Below are positions 10,540-19,747 of a stretch of 42,842 nucleotides of DNA, one piece after another. Within the stretch, counting starts at the first letter, position 1; each line of letters starts with the position of its first letter. Below the pieces are notes generated by a model that did not search any database, was not told the DNA's origin, and was given only the letters and a program-made list of their open reading frames with translations. Origin of the DNA: Acidimicrobiia bacterium (GTDB lineage: Bacteria; Actinomycetota; Acidimicrobiia; IMCC26256; JACPCJ01); contig DATDOY010000248.1 in the NCBI GenBank assembly GCA_035293045.1, positions 1 to 42,842 on the forward strand, read 5' to 3'. The position numbers were made by a program, and so were the translations under genes.

Positions 10540-12849
10540 CTATGCATGGATGGGTGGGTGAATCTCATACGCCGGGTTGATGACGGCGAGCCGGCCCTTG
10601 TGTTCGACCACCATCCCGACCACGGTCATCCTGGTCCCGACGTCGACCCCGGCGAGTTCGCGCCGGCCGTGGAAGACCACCGAGATGCGGGCGGTGTCGT
10701 CGGCCAGCGTCAGCTCGATCGTCGGTACGCCGGCCGCCGGCAGGAGTCGCATCCCTTCGACCCTCCCCGCGACCCTTGCACGCCTCCGCAGGCGCGCCTC
10801 GCTGATCGCCATGACGTCGGCCGGGCGCTCGGCGGTCGAACGCGGTTCGCTCTTTTCGATCTCGTCGCCTGCACCCCCGGCCGTGTCTTTGACCGCCTGG
10901 CGACGCCCCGAGTCGAAATGGAAGGGGACGGTCGTCACATTGGCGTGAGGGAGGCTCGACACCGCGAGCGCGATCTCGTCGGCCGTCTGGTCGTGCAGTA
11001 TGCGGTGCCAGAACCCGCGGTACTTGCGGTCGGGTAGCAGCACGGTGACCTCGGTCTGCCGATCGTCGAGTGCGTGCGCGACCACATCGACGGCGACCCG
11101 AGTGAGGCGCCGGTCGGGGCAGTCGACCAGCTCAAGGGCTACGTGCGAGAGTCCGTGCGACCGCCACGCGGCGGCGAGCGCGTCGGCCTTTTGGTGATCG
11201 ACCACGAAGTGCACGGCGCGCAGCTCGTCGGGACGCAGCGATCGCGCGTACTGGATCGCCCGCGCCGCGGCGAGATCGAGGCGGTCGATGAAGACGAAGA
11301 CGACGTGGCGGCGAAGCAGCGGCGCTTGCACTGCGTCGGGCACGTCGTGCTCGAGCTGGTACGCCTCGGTCTCGTACTGCCGGGCCAGGCGCAGCAGCAG
11401 CAGCACGAAGATCGGGATCGCCACGATGATGGCCCACGCCCCGTGGGTGAACTTGGTGACGGCCACGATGACGGCCACGACCGCCGAGATGAAGGCGCCC
11501 ACGCCGTTGATAGCGACCCCGCGCTGCCATCCCGGCTCGCGCAGGCGGAGGTGCCGCTTGGTCATGCCGGCCTGCGAGAGCGTGAAGGACGTGAACACGC
11601 CCACGGCGTACAGCGGAATCAGGCGCTCCACTTCGGCCCCGGTGACGACGACGAGGCCCATGGCTGCCGCCGAGAGGAAGATGATGCCGTTGGAGAACAC
11701 CAGACGGTGTCCCCGCTGGGTCAGCTGTCGGGGTAGGAAGCTGTCTCCGGCTTGGAACGATGCGAGGCGCGGGAAGTCGGCGAAACTCGTGTTCGCCGCC
11801 ATCACCAGGATCAACATCGTCGCGGCTTGGAGCATGTAGAAGAGCACGTCGCCCGTCGCGCCGGCCCCGTAGACGAGGCGACCGATCTGGGCGATCACTG
11901 TGGGCGTGCCCTCTTCGAAGGGGACCACGTGGGTCTTGGACGCGATCAGCGAGATCCCGAGAAACATGATCCCGAGGCAGCAGCCCATGATGGTGAGTGT
12001 GAGGCGGGCGTTCTTCCACTCCGGTGCGCGGAACGCGGGGACGCCGTCGGAGATGGCCTCGACGCCGGTCACCGCGGCCCCTCCCGAGGCAAACGCGTGC
12101 AGCACGATGAAGATCGACGCCCCGTAGAGGAGCCCGCTCCCCGCATCCCCGAACTCCCTCATGCCCTCAACATGTTCAGCGCGGGGCAGATCGCCGAGGA
12201 AGTGCTGCCACAGCCCCATCCCCAGCAGGATCGCGACGTTGATCATGAAGAAGTAGGTGGGAACGGCGAAGACCTTTCCGGACTCTCGCAGTCCTCGAAG
12301 GTTGCCGAACGCGATGATGAGGATGAACGAGACGGCGATCGGGATCCGGTAGGGCGTGAGGGCGTGGAAGGCGGAGGTGAGGGCGGCCGTGCCTGCCGCG
12401 ACCGACACCGCGACCGTCAGGATGTAGTCGGTGAGGAGGGCCACGCCGGCGACTTGCGCCACCACGATGCCGAAGTTGTCTCGCGTCACGAGGTACGCGC
12501 TTCCCGACTGCGGATAGGCCTTGATCGTCTGGCGGTACGACAGGATCAACAGGGCGAGCACGCCGAGCATGGCCAGCGTGATCGGCATGACGAGGGAGAA
12601 GGCGGCCACTCCCACCGCGGGGACGAGCACGCGGAGGATCTCCTCGGTCGCGTACGCCGAGGACGAGAGGTTGTCCGACGCGAAGACGGCAAGCGCCGTC
12701 GGGTTTCCGAGCCGCTCGTGGGCAAGCGCTTCGGTGTGAAGCGGATCGCCGAGAAAGAAACTCTTCAGCCGATACCGAAGGCTGTCGGGCGGTAGGGGGA
12801 TGGTGGGCCTGAGCGGCTCCGGCTCGGGCGCTCGGTCATTCGGCAGCAC
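10540..12849 (-). CDS. APC-superfamily permease with cytoplasmic C-terminal domain and a fused C-terminal OB-fold domain
   Basis: Lies within ORF 10540..13692. GTG at 12847-12849 is preceded by GAGGAGGAG with 6-nt spacing. 769 aa: about 12 hydrophobic helices, then a soluble domain (HVVFVFIDRLDLAAARAIQYA...), then an OB-fold-like end (RVAGRVEGMRLLP...ISVVFHGRRELAGVDVGTRMTVVGMV). Divergent from two trkA genes, as in the mycobacterial ceoBC neighbourhood (from memory). Confidence 0.85.
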   Translation of the reverse strand: MLPNDRAPEPEPLRPTIPLPPDSLRYRLKSFFLGDPLHTEALAHERLGNPTALAVFASDNLSSSAYATEEILRVLVPAVGVAAFSLVMPITLAMLGVLALLILSYRQTIKAYPQSGSAYLVTRDNFGIVVAQVAGVALLTDYILTVAVSVAAGTAALTSAFHALTPYRIPIAVSFILIIAFGNLRGLRESGKVFAVPTYFFMINVAILLGMGLWQHFLGDLPRAEHVEGMREFGDAGSGLLYGASIFIVLHAFASGGAAVTGVEAISDGVPAFRAPEWKNARLTLTIMGCCLGIMFLGISLIASKTHVVPFEEGTPTVIAQIGRLVYGAGATGDVLFYMLQAATMLILVMAANTSFADFPRLASFQAGDSFLPRQLTQRGHRLVFSNGIIFLSAAAMGLVVVTGAEVERLIPLYAVGVFTSFTLSQAGMTKRHLRLREPGWQRGVAINGVGAFISAVVAVIVAVTKFTHGAWAIIVAIPIFVLLLLRLARQYETEAYQLEHDVPDAVQAPLLRRHVVFVFIDRLDLAAARAIQYARSLRPDELRAVHFVVDHQKADALAAAWRSHGLSHVALELVDCPDRRLTRVAVDVVAHALDDRQTEVTVLLPDRKYRGFWHRILHDQTADEIALAVSSLPHANVTTVPFHFDSGRRQAVKDTAGGAGDEIEKSEPRSTAERPADVMAISEARLRRRARVAGRVEGMRLLPAAGVPTIELTLADDTARISVVFHGRRELAGVDVGTRMTVVGMVVEHKGRLAVINPAYEIHPPIHA

Positions 12850-13032
12850 GACGGTCTCCTCCTCGAGCGAATGCGAGCCGGCGTTAGCGTACGGCGGTGC
12901 GCGGGACGAGTCGTGCCGGGGCGCCTCGTCCGAGACGCCCTGTTCGAGACAGGCGCGGCGGACGCGTCTCGTTAGGATCCTCACGCTCGCAGTCAACGAC
13001 GTCGGACCAAGGCCCGCCGTCCGGAGGTACGC

Positions 13033-13695
13033 ATGCACGTCGTCGTCGTGGGGTGTGGTCGGGTGGGGAGCGAGCTCGCCGTGGCCCTCGAAGGGGCAGG
13101 CGAGTCGGTCACCGTGGTCGACAAGAACGTCCACTCGTTCACGCGCCTGCCGGAATCCTTCGCGGGTGAACGGGTGGTGGGGTTCGGGTTCGACCGAGAC
13201 ACGCTCGTCGAGGCGGGCGTGGACCGCGCCGGCGCGGTTGCCGCCGTCACGAGCGGCGACAACTCCAACATCCTGACGGCGCGTGTCGCCCGAGAGACCT
13301 TCGGCATCGAGGCGGTCGTAGCCCGGATCTACGACCCTCGGCGCGCCGCGATCTACGAGCGCCTCGGCATTCCCACGGTGGCGACCGTGGCGTGGACGAC
13401 GGAACAAGTGCTCCGACGGCTTTCTCCGCAGCAGCATCACCGCGACTGGATCGACCCCACCGGCACGGTGACGCTCGTCGAGCGAGCGCTTCCCGTGACG
13501 TGGTGCGCCCGCCGCCTCCAAGAGATCAACGAGCCGGGGCGGTGGTGGCTGGTCGCGGTCACCCGAACCGGAGAGACCAAGATTGCGTCGTCGGAGTTGG
13601 TCGGGCAGGAGGGCGACGTGCTGCGCATCGTGAGCGACGTCGGTGCCCTTGACGACCTCGGGGCGAGGCTCGGCGTCACGGACGGAGGTCACTGA
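13033..13695 (+). CDS. trkA: TrkA/RCK-family potassium-transport regulatory protein (NAD-binding)
   Basis: 220 aa. MHVVVVGCGRVGSELA contains a Rossmann GxGxxG motif. RCK_N plus RCK_C layout. Confidence 0.9.
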   Translation: MHVVVVGCGRVGSELAVALEGAGESVTVVDKNVHSFTRLPESFAGERVVGFGFDRDTLVEAGVDRAGAVAAVTSGDNSNILTARVARETFGIEAVVARIYDPRRAAIYERLGIPTVATVAWTTEQVLRRLSPQQHHRDWIDPTGTVTLVERALPVTWCARRLQEINEPGRWWLVAVTRTGETKIASSELVGQEGDVLRIVSDVGALDDLGARLGVTDGGH

Positions 13696-14357
13696 TGCGT
13701 GTCGTGATCGCCGGCGGCGGCAATGTCGGCGGCTACATCGCTGGGGAGCTTTCCGCCGCCGACCACGAAGTCCTCGTGATCGAGCAGGAGCCGGCCGTCG
13801 CCGAGCGCGGCATGGGCCGGCCGGGCGTGACGTGGCTCGTCGCCGACGCGTGCGAGTTCGCCTCGTTGCAGCAAGCAGGTCTCGAAACCGCCGATGTCGT
13901 TGTGGCGGCCACCGGCGACGACGAGGACAACCTGGTGGTGTCGCTGCTCGCCAAGCAGGAGTTCGGCGTGCCGCGGGTCGTCGCCCGCGTCAACCACCCC
14001 AAGAACGAATGGCTCTTCAACGAGACGTGGGGGGTTGATGTGTCCGTGTCGACGCCGCACCTCATCACGGCCCTCGTCGAGGAGGCGGTGACCGTCGGCA
14101 CCCTCGTGCGGCTGCTCCAGTTCGAGCGCGGTCAGGCGCGTCTCGTCGAGGTGACCCTGGCCCCCGATTCCCCCGCCGTGGGCATCGAGATCAAGGACAT
14201 CGACATCCCACGCGATTCGACCATCGTGGCGATTGTGCGCGACGAGCACGTCGTCGTCCCTCGAGGCGACACGCGGTTCGAGATCAACGACGAGGTCTTG
14301 GCCCTCGTCACGCCTGACTCGGAAGGCACCGTTCGGAAGGTGTTCACCGGGCGATAA
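13695..14357 (+). CDS. trkA: second TrkA/RCK-family potassium-transport regulatory protein
   Basis: 220 aa. MRVVIAGGGNVGGYIAGEL. Its start overlaps the upstream stop by 1 nt (TGATG). It is a paralogue of the preceding gene. Confidence 0.9.
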   Translation: MRVVIAGGGNVGGYIAGELSAADHEVLVIEQEPAVAERGMGRPGVTWLVADACEFASLQQAGLETADVVVAATGDDEDNLVVSLLAKQEFGVPRVVARVNHPKNEWLFNETWGVDVSVSTPHLITALVEEAVTVGTLVRLLQFERGQARLVEVTLAPDSPAVGIEIKDIDIPRDSTIVAIVRDEHVVVPRGDTRFEINDEVLALVTPDSEGTVRKVFTGR

Positions 14358-15603
14358 CGCGCACGGGAACCTCGACACGGATCGGATCGAAGTTCCCCTC
14401 GACAACGAGCGCCACGGTGTAGTCGCCCGGCGTCGCGTCGTCGGGCACGTGGATCCCGATCTCCCGCTCGTCGCCGCGGCCGGGACGGATCATCGAACTG
14501 ATCGGTTGGGTGGCGTTGTCGAAGAACCCGCCCTCGTCGTAGATGAGCCCCGCGGTCACGCCGCCGCGGGCGGGCCGGTCTTCTCCGCCGTCCATGTCGG
14601 GGAGGGGATCGAGGGCGAGTTCCACCCAACTTCCCGCCGGGTTCCCCGGCGTGATGGAGGCCATCGCCATGTCGAAGCGGCCCCGGTTCGTCGGGGCCCA
14701 CGTGAAGGTGGTGTATTCACCGGCGAGGGCGGGGTTGGGGATCCGCTTGACCTCGACGTCAGCCGTGGTAGCGAGCTGCGCGATGCCGTCGACCCAGATC
14801 TGGCGCGGCGTGAGCTCTCCCGTGATGGCGAGTTCGGGCGCGCCGCGTCCGATCGCCACGGTTCCATCGCCGCGGATGCCGACGAACTCGTGCGCATACG
14901 ACGCGCCGTCGAAGGCCATGCCACCGGAGCCGGCCCACGTGAGCCATTCCGCGTCGACCGCGATCGGCCCGGTCGGGATGTCGACCCATTCGCGGCCCTG
15001 AACGGGGAACGGCTCGTCGCTGACGATCGTGATGGGCGCGCGGAGTGTGACAGGCACGGGGGGTTGCGTCGCGCGGTCGTCGGCGTTCGGCAGGAAGGTC
15101 ATCGATGACGCCTCGACGGTCAACGGTCCGTTGGCGCGCACACCGGCAACCCCGGAGGGTCGGGTGTCAGGCAGAAGGTCGGCGCCGATGAATCCCGCGC
15201 CGCTGGGCATGACGCGCAGGGCGTGGATGCCGAAGCGCAGCCCGCTCCCACTCACGCGCACGTCCGACGCACGCGACTCGAGGGTGCCGGGGCCGAGGGC
15301 GTTCCCCTCGGAGTCGATCACGCTTCCGACCGTGAGGAAGCCCTCGCCGCCTCGGAGGTGCACGCTGGCGAGGTCCCTCACGGTTCCGCTCACGACCAGC
15401 GATCGGGCGTGTCCGTCGACGACGGCGGTGCCAATGGGATCGCCGGAACCTCCGGCCGCGTTCGTTCTGGTCTCGTCGCCGGGGTGGAGTTCGTCGCCGT
15501 CGATCGCTCGGTAGACGACCGCGGTTGCGATCAAGGCGGTCAGGACCGCGAGGACCCCGAGCACGACGGGGAGGTAGGTGCGATTCGGGGGGGATGACGT
15601 CAT
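14344..15603 (-). CDS. hypothetical membrane-anchored extracytoplasmic protein
   Basis: 419 aa. A single N-terminal TM helix (LPVVLGVLAVLTALIATAVVY) is followed by about 380 aa of Gly/Val/Thr-rich, beta-looking sequence. The C-terminal end (ATPGDYTVALVVEGNF) resembles Ig-like/NEW3-type domains. Its 3' end overlaps trkA by 14 nt. Confidence 0.6.
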   Translation of the reverse strand: MTSSPPNRTYLPVVLGVLAVLTALIATAVVYRAIDGDELHPGDETRTNAAGGSGDPIGTAVVDGHARSLVVSGTVRDLASVHLRGGEGFLTVGSVIDSEGNALGPGTLESRASDVRVSGSGLRFGIHALRVMPSGAGFIGADLLPDTRPSGVAGVRANGPLTVEASSMTFLPNADDRATQPPVPVTLRAPITIVSDEPFPVQGREWVDIPTGPIAVDAEWLTWAGSGGMAFDGASYAHEFVGIRGDGTVAIGRGAPELAITGELTPRQIWVDGIAQLATTADVEVKRIPNPALAGEYTTFTWAPTNRGRFDMAMASITPGNPAGSWVELALDPLPDMDGGEDRPARGGVTAGLIYDEGGFFDNATQPISSMIRPGRGDEREIGIHVPDDATPGDYTVALVVEGNFDPIRVEVPVRVIAR

Positions 15604-15722
15604 CGGTGCAGGAAAGTCTGGTGCCGTCTCGGGCTCGGCCCGGGGATCCGGGTTGATGGAGTTGAGCGTGGTACCGATGAGACGAGCGAGAGGGCGCGAC
15701 CACGCGCACCCAACGCGAGAGA

Positions 15723-16022
15723 ATGGGTGCTGTGCATGCCGCTGCCGTCAGGTTCGACCTCTTTGTGCCTGAGTCGCGGTCGTTGAAGCGCAAGCGCCAG
15801 GCGATCCGTCCGATCGTCGAAGGCCTCCGGCACAAGTTCCGGGTCTCGGTTGCGGAGGTGGGGTGCCACGACCAGTGGCAACGATCGGTGATCGGTGTCG
15901 CCGTGGTCGCCGAGAGCAGTCATCACCTCGAGGACGTCCTGGCGAATTGCGAACGCTTCGTCTACGCGGCGGGCGACGTCGAGGTGCTCGAAGTGCAAAC
16001 GACGTACCTGGAGGAACCGTGA
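15723..16022 (+). CDS. DUF503 (YlxP-like) protein
   Basis: 99 aa. VRFDLFVPESRSLKRKRQAIRPIVEGL is the typical DUF503 N-terminus. Located immediately upstream of rbfA, like ylxP in Bacillus. Confidence 0.8.
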   Translation: MGAVHAAAVRFDLFVPESRSLKRKRQAIRPIVEGLRHKFRVSVAEVGCHDQWQRSVIGVAVVAESSHHLEDVLANCERFVYAAGDVEVLEVQTTYLEEP

Positions 16023-16432
16023 GCGACCGGCGCTATCCGCGCACTGCCCGCGTCAACGAGGTTGTCCACGAAGTGCTCGCCGACGAGTTGGCCCGGATGT
16101 CGGATCCCCGTCTCGAACTGGTCACCATCACAGGGGTCGAAGTGAGCGCAGACCTCAAACACGCACGAGTCTTCTATTCGTCGCTCGCCTCCGAGGTCGA
16201 TGAGACCGAGGTCACATCGGTGGCGCCCGTGCGAGGTGGGAGGCAGGAAACGAGCACCGACGTGGCGAACGCGTTGGAGTCGGCTCGGCGCCCCCTGCAA
16301 TCGGCGCTGGGGCGGCAGGTTCGGCTGAAGTACGTTCCGAAGCTCGTGTTCGAGGAGGACCGGTCGATGCGCACGGGCCAACGGATCGAGGAGATCATCC
16401 GTGATCTCCATCCCGACGGCGAAGGTCAGTGA
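16019..16432 (+). CDS. rbfA: ribosome-binding factor A
   Basis: GTG at 16019 overlaps the DUF503 stop (GTGA) and is preceded by GGAGGAA. VSDRRYPRTARVNEVVHEVLADELARMSDPRLELVTITGVEVSADLKHARVFY is classic RbfA. Confidence 0.9.
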   Translation: MSDRRYPRTARVNEVVHEVLADELARMSDPRLELVTITGVEVSADLKHARVFYSSLASEVDETEVTSVAPVRGGRQETSTDVANALESARRPLQSALGRQVRLKYVPKLVFEEDRSMRTGQRIEEIIRDLHPDGEGQ

Positions 16433-17400
16433 CAGGTGTGAACGATCTCGCGCAGGCGATCGACGCAATCGAGGGTGCGGAGCAGGTGGCGCTGGCGTGC
16501 CACGTGTCGCCCGACGGCGACGCCCTCGGGTCGATGCTGGCGCTGCACCACGCGCTGCGGACTGCGGGACGGGACTCGATTGCGTCCTTCTCGGAGCCGT
16601 TCGTCGTGGCTCCGCATTATCGCGAGCTTCCGGGACTCGAACTGCTGACCAAGCCGGCCGACTTCCCCGGCGAACCCGAAGTGATGGTGACCTTCGACTG
16701 CGGTTCCCTCGCCCGCTTGGGCGATCTGACGGACCCCGCCAAGCGGGCGGGGTCCCTCATCGTTCTCGACCACCACGCGTCCAACGATCGCTACGGCAGC
16801 ATCAACGTGGTGGAGCCCGCGGCGGCAGCCACAGCGGTGTTGGTGTATCGGATGATCGAGCGCGCGCCGTTCCTGTCCCTCGATCACGACGTCGCCGTGA
16901 ATCTGTACGCCGGGATCGTGTGCGACACCGGACGTTTTCAGTACGACTCGACGACCGAAGAAGTCTTCGACATCGCTCGCGATCTCGTTCGTTACGACGT
17001 GCCCCTCGCGACCCTCAATCGATCGCTGTTCGAAGAGCACCGGTTCGACTATTTGAAGATGGCAGGCGCGGTGCTCGCCCGCTCCGAACTCGTCCCGGAC
17101 CGGCGCTTCGTTTGGGTGGCGGTGACACAGGCGGACCTCGATCATTACGGAGTCACGGTGGAGGAGACCGAGGGACTCATCGATCTCGTCCGCCGAACGC
17201 GCGAGGCCGAAGTGTTCTGCGTCTTGAAGGAGGAACGCGACGGCTCGCTCAAGATCAGCCTGCGGTCCCTTGGCGAGGTCGACGTGTGTTCGATCGCGCA
17301 GGCCCATGGCGGGGGCGGCCATCGGTTCGCGGCCGGGTTCACCACCCACCGCTCGGTCGAGGAAACCGTCGCCGCCGTGCTTGCGGCAATCCCGGCCTGA
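16429..17400 (+). CDS. nrnA: DHH/DHHA1 phosphoesterase NrnA (oligoribonuclease / pAp phosphatase type)
   Basis: 323 aa. Motifs HVSPDGDALGS, VLDHHASN and GGGGHRFAAGF. Start GTG overlaps the rbfA stop (GTGA). Confidence 0.9.
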   Translation: MTGVNDLAQAIDAIEGAEQVALACHVSPDGDALGSMLALHHALRTAGRDSIASFSEPFVVAPHYRELPGLELLTKPADFPGEPEVMVTFDCGSLARLGDLTDPAKRAGSLIVLDHHASNDRYGSINVVEPAAAATAVLVYRMIERAPFLSLDHDVAVNLYAGIVCDTGRFQYDSTTEEVFDIARDLVRYDVPLATLNRSLFEEHRFDYLKMAGAVLARSELVPDRRFVWVAVTQADLDHYGVTVEETEGLIDLVRRTREAEVFCVLKEERDGSLKISLRSLGEVDVCSIAQAHGGGGHRFAAGFTTHRSVEETVAAVLAAIPA

Positions 17401-17417
17401 TCAGCCGCCGTGCGCCT

Positions 17418-18296
17418 GTGATCGACGGCCTGCTCGTCATCGACAAGCCCGCGGGATGGACGTCCCACGACGTCGTGGCCAAGGTTCGCGGTCTGTACGG
17501 GCAAAAGCGCGTGGGACATGCCGGCACCCTCGATCCAGACGCCACGGGTGTCCTCGTGCTCGGCCTTGGGCGGGTCACCCGCCTGCTGCGGTTTCTCGGT
17601 GATCTGTCGAAGGTGTATCGGGGGAAGGTGGTCTTCGGCGTCGCCACGGACACGCTCGACGCCGCCGGCGCCGTGCTCGACCGCCGGCCGATGCCCATCG
17701 AGCGTGCCCAGGTTGAGGCGACGGCGGTCCGGTTTGTCGGGCAGATCGAGCAACTCCCGCCCATGGTCTCCGCGGTGAAGATTGGTGGCCAGAAGCTCTA
17801 CGAGGCGGCACGACGGGGCGAGGAAATCGAACGCGATCCCCGGCGGGTGACGATTCATCGACTCGTCGTCGAGTCGTTCGAGCCCGGCCCGTACCCCGAG
17901 GCGGTGATCCACGTCGAGTGCTCGTCGGGCACCTACATCCGCGCGCTCGCCGCCGACCTCGGGACCGCCCTCGGCGGGTGCGCGCACCTCGGCGAACTGC
18001 GTCGCCTCGCCGTCGGCCAGTTCACCCTCGACGACGCGCACGCCCTCGACGACGTGGCGGCTGACCCGTCCGGCGTCGCCCTCGAGCCCGCCGCCGCCGT
18101 GCGCCACCTCGAACGCGTCGTCGTCGACGACGCGCAGGCGGAGGCGGTGCGGCACGGTTCCGTCTTCCCGATCCCTTCCCTTCTCGGCGACGGCGCGGGC
18201 GCCGGCCCGTTCGCGGTCTTTGATCAAGGCGACGGTCTTCTCGCGGTCTACGAGCAGGTCGGCGCGGGCTGCAAGCCGGCGGTCGTCATCGCCTGA
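17418..18296 (+). CDS. truB: tRNA pseudouridine(55) synthase
   Basis: C-terminal part of ORF 16401..18296. GTG at 17418 gives VIDGLLVIDKPAGWTSHDVV...GHAGTLDPDATGVL (catalytic Asp motif), 292 aa. Confidence 0.9.
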   Translation: MIDGLLVIDKPAGWTSHDVVAKVRGLYGQKRVGHAGTLDPDATGVLVLGLGRVTRLLRFLGDLSKVYRGKVVFGVATDTLDAAGAVLDRRPMPIERAQVEATAVRFVGQIEQLPPMVSAVKIGGQKLYEAARRGEEIERDPRRVTIHRLVVESFEPGPYPEAVIHVECSSGTYIRALAADLGTALGGCAHLGELRRLAVGQFTLDDAHALDDVAADPSGVALEPAAAVRHLERVVVDDAQAEAVRHGSVFPIPSLLGDGAGAGPFAVFDQGDGLLAVYEQVGAGCKPAVVIA

Positions 18297-18377
18297 TTCG
18301 TCCCCGACGCACGGTCGTCTCCCACGGTGGCCACGGGAAATCGACTCCGGGTCGAGGGAACGCGCGAACCTTGGCCG

Positions 18378-19328
18378 ATGGACGTCGTTCGCGATCCCGT
18401 GACACCGGTGGGGAACCGCAATGGGAACGTCGTCACCATCGGTGCCTACGACGGCGTGCACCTCGGACACCGCGCCCTCCTGCAACTGGTCCGCGCTCGC
18501 GCCGACGCCATGGGGTGCGGGGCGGCGCTTGTCACGTTCGACAAGCACCCGGCCCAGGTGGTCCGTCCCGAATCCGCGCCGCGGCTGCTGACCGGCCTCG
18601 ACCAGAAGATCGAATGCCTCGAGGAAACAGGGCTTCTCGACCTCGTGTGCGTGCTCACCTTCGACGACGATCGCCGGAAGGAGACCGCCGAAGACTTCGT
18701 GACAGAGGTCCTCGTCGAGAAGCTGCGGGTGCGCGGCGTGGTGGTCGGCGCCGACTTTCACTTCGGCTACCAGCGCCGCGGCACGGTCGCCTTTCTCGAG
18801 GACCAGGGCGCGGCGCACGACTTCGCCGTGGAGGCGGTCGATCTCGTCGGCACCGACGACGACACCGGGGCCGCCTACTCCTCGACGCTGATCCGGGGCC
18901 TGCTCATGGCGGGCGACGTCGAGGCAGCAGCCCGTCTCCTGGGTCGTCCCCATGAAGTCCCGGGCCGGGTCGTGGTCGGCGACCGCCGCGGGCGTGATCT
19001 GGGGTTCCCGACCGCCAACGTCGCCGTCCCCGCCGAAATGTGCCTACCCGCGGAGGGCATCTACGCGGGGTGGTTCGTCGACGAATCCGACGGCGTGGCC
19101 CGTCCGGCGGCGATCAGTCTCGGGCGGCGCCCCACGTTTTACGAGCACGGAGCGTCCGCGGTCCTCCTCGAAGCCCACGTCCTCGACTTCGACGGCGACC
19201 TGTACGGCCACGCCGTGCGTGTGCGCTTCACCCACCGGCTCCGTGGTGAGGAGAAGTTCGACTCGCCGGATGCGCTCGTCGAGCAGATCCGCCGCGACGT
19301 CGAGGCCACGCGCCGGCTCGTGGGATGA
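18378..19328 (+). CDS. ribF: bifunctional riboflavin kinase / FMN adenylyltransferase
   Basis: VVTIGAYDGVHLGHRAL (nucleotidyltransferase motif) and GFPTANV (kinase domain). Start chosen at ATG 18378, giving 17 residues before VVTIG. GTG 18327 is the alternative. Confidence 0.85.
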   Translation: MDVVRDPVTPVGNRNGNVVTIGAYDGVHLGHRALLQLVRARADAMGCGAALVTFDKHPAQVVRPESAPRLLTGLDQKIECLEETGLLDLVCVLTFDDDRRKETAEDFVTEVLVEKLRVRGVVVGADFHFGYQRRGTVAFLEDQGAAHDFAVEAVDLVGTDDDTGAAYSSTLIRGLLMAGDVEAAARLLGRPHEVPGRVVVGDRRGRDLGFPTANVAVPAEMCLPAEGIYAGWFVDESDGVARPAAISLGRRPTFYEHGASAVLLEAHVLDFDGDLYGHAVRVRFTHRLRGEEKFDSPDALVEQIRRDVEATRRLVG

Positions 19329-19474
19329 CGAGGCGCCGCGTCCCAGGCACGATGGGGAGCGGACCCGGTCCCATTGGGTGGCCGGGGGCACCCGTGATAC
19401 CCTGACCCGGTCTGTGTTCCGCCCCCGATGGGCGAACGAGACATCCACGACCAGCAAAGGTGTATCGACGCGCA

Positions 19475-19747
19475 ATGGCTGACACGCTCGCCACAGATAA
19501 GGCATCCATCATCGGGGAGCACAAGCTCCACGAGAAGGACACCGGCTCTCCCGAAGTGCAAGTGGCCCTGCTCACGCAGCGGATCTCGCACCTCACCGAG
19601 CATCTCTCCACCCACAAGAAGGATCACCACTCACGGCGAGGCCTTCTGATGCTGGTGGGGCAGCGTCGACGTTTGCTCGACTACCTCGCTCGGAACGACA
19701 TCGAGCGATACCGAGCGCTCATCGCGCGTCTCGGCCTTCGCCGGTAG
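19475..19747 (+). CDS. rpsO: 30S ribosomal protein S15
   Basis: ATG at 19475. [44 protein letters not shown]...HSRRGLL, 90 aa. Confidence 0.95.
   Translation: MADTLATDKASIIGEHKLHEKDTGSPEVQVALLTQRISHLTEHLSTHKKDHHSRRGLLMLVGQRRRLLDYLARNDIERYRALIARLGLRR

Noticed and set aside
12850-13692. N-terminal 281 residues of the 1050-aa ORF 10540..13692. Similar 5' extensions occur in ORFs 3837..5882, 16401..18296, 5408..6097 and 6019..7425.
   Set aside because: The extensions run antisense through neighbouring real genes (trkA, rimP, nrnA) or through spacers. They are Arg-rich junk, and good internal starts with Shine-Dalgarno sequences give proteins of normal length.
14350-14366. TAACGCGC half-site of the palindromic repeat at the trkA stop codon
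   Set aside because: Only 8 nt match and no partner arm lies within 60 nt. This is likely chance.
19329-19474. Possible S15 autoregulatory leader upstream of rpsO
   Set aside because: I could draw only short, ambiguous stems (5 bp or less) and no convincing pseudoknot or three-way junction. That is not enough to call a feature without a covariance-model search.
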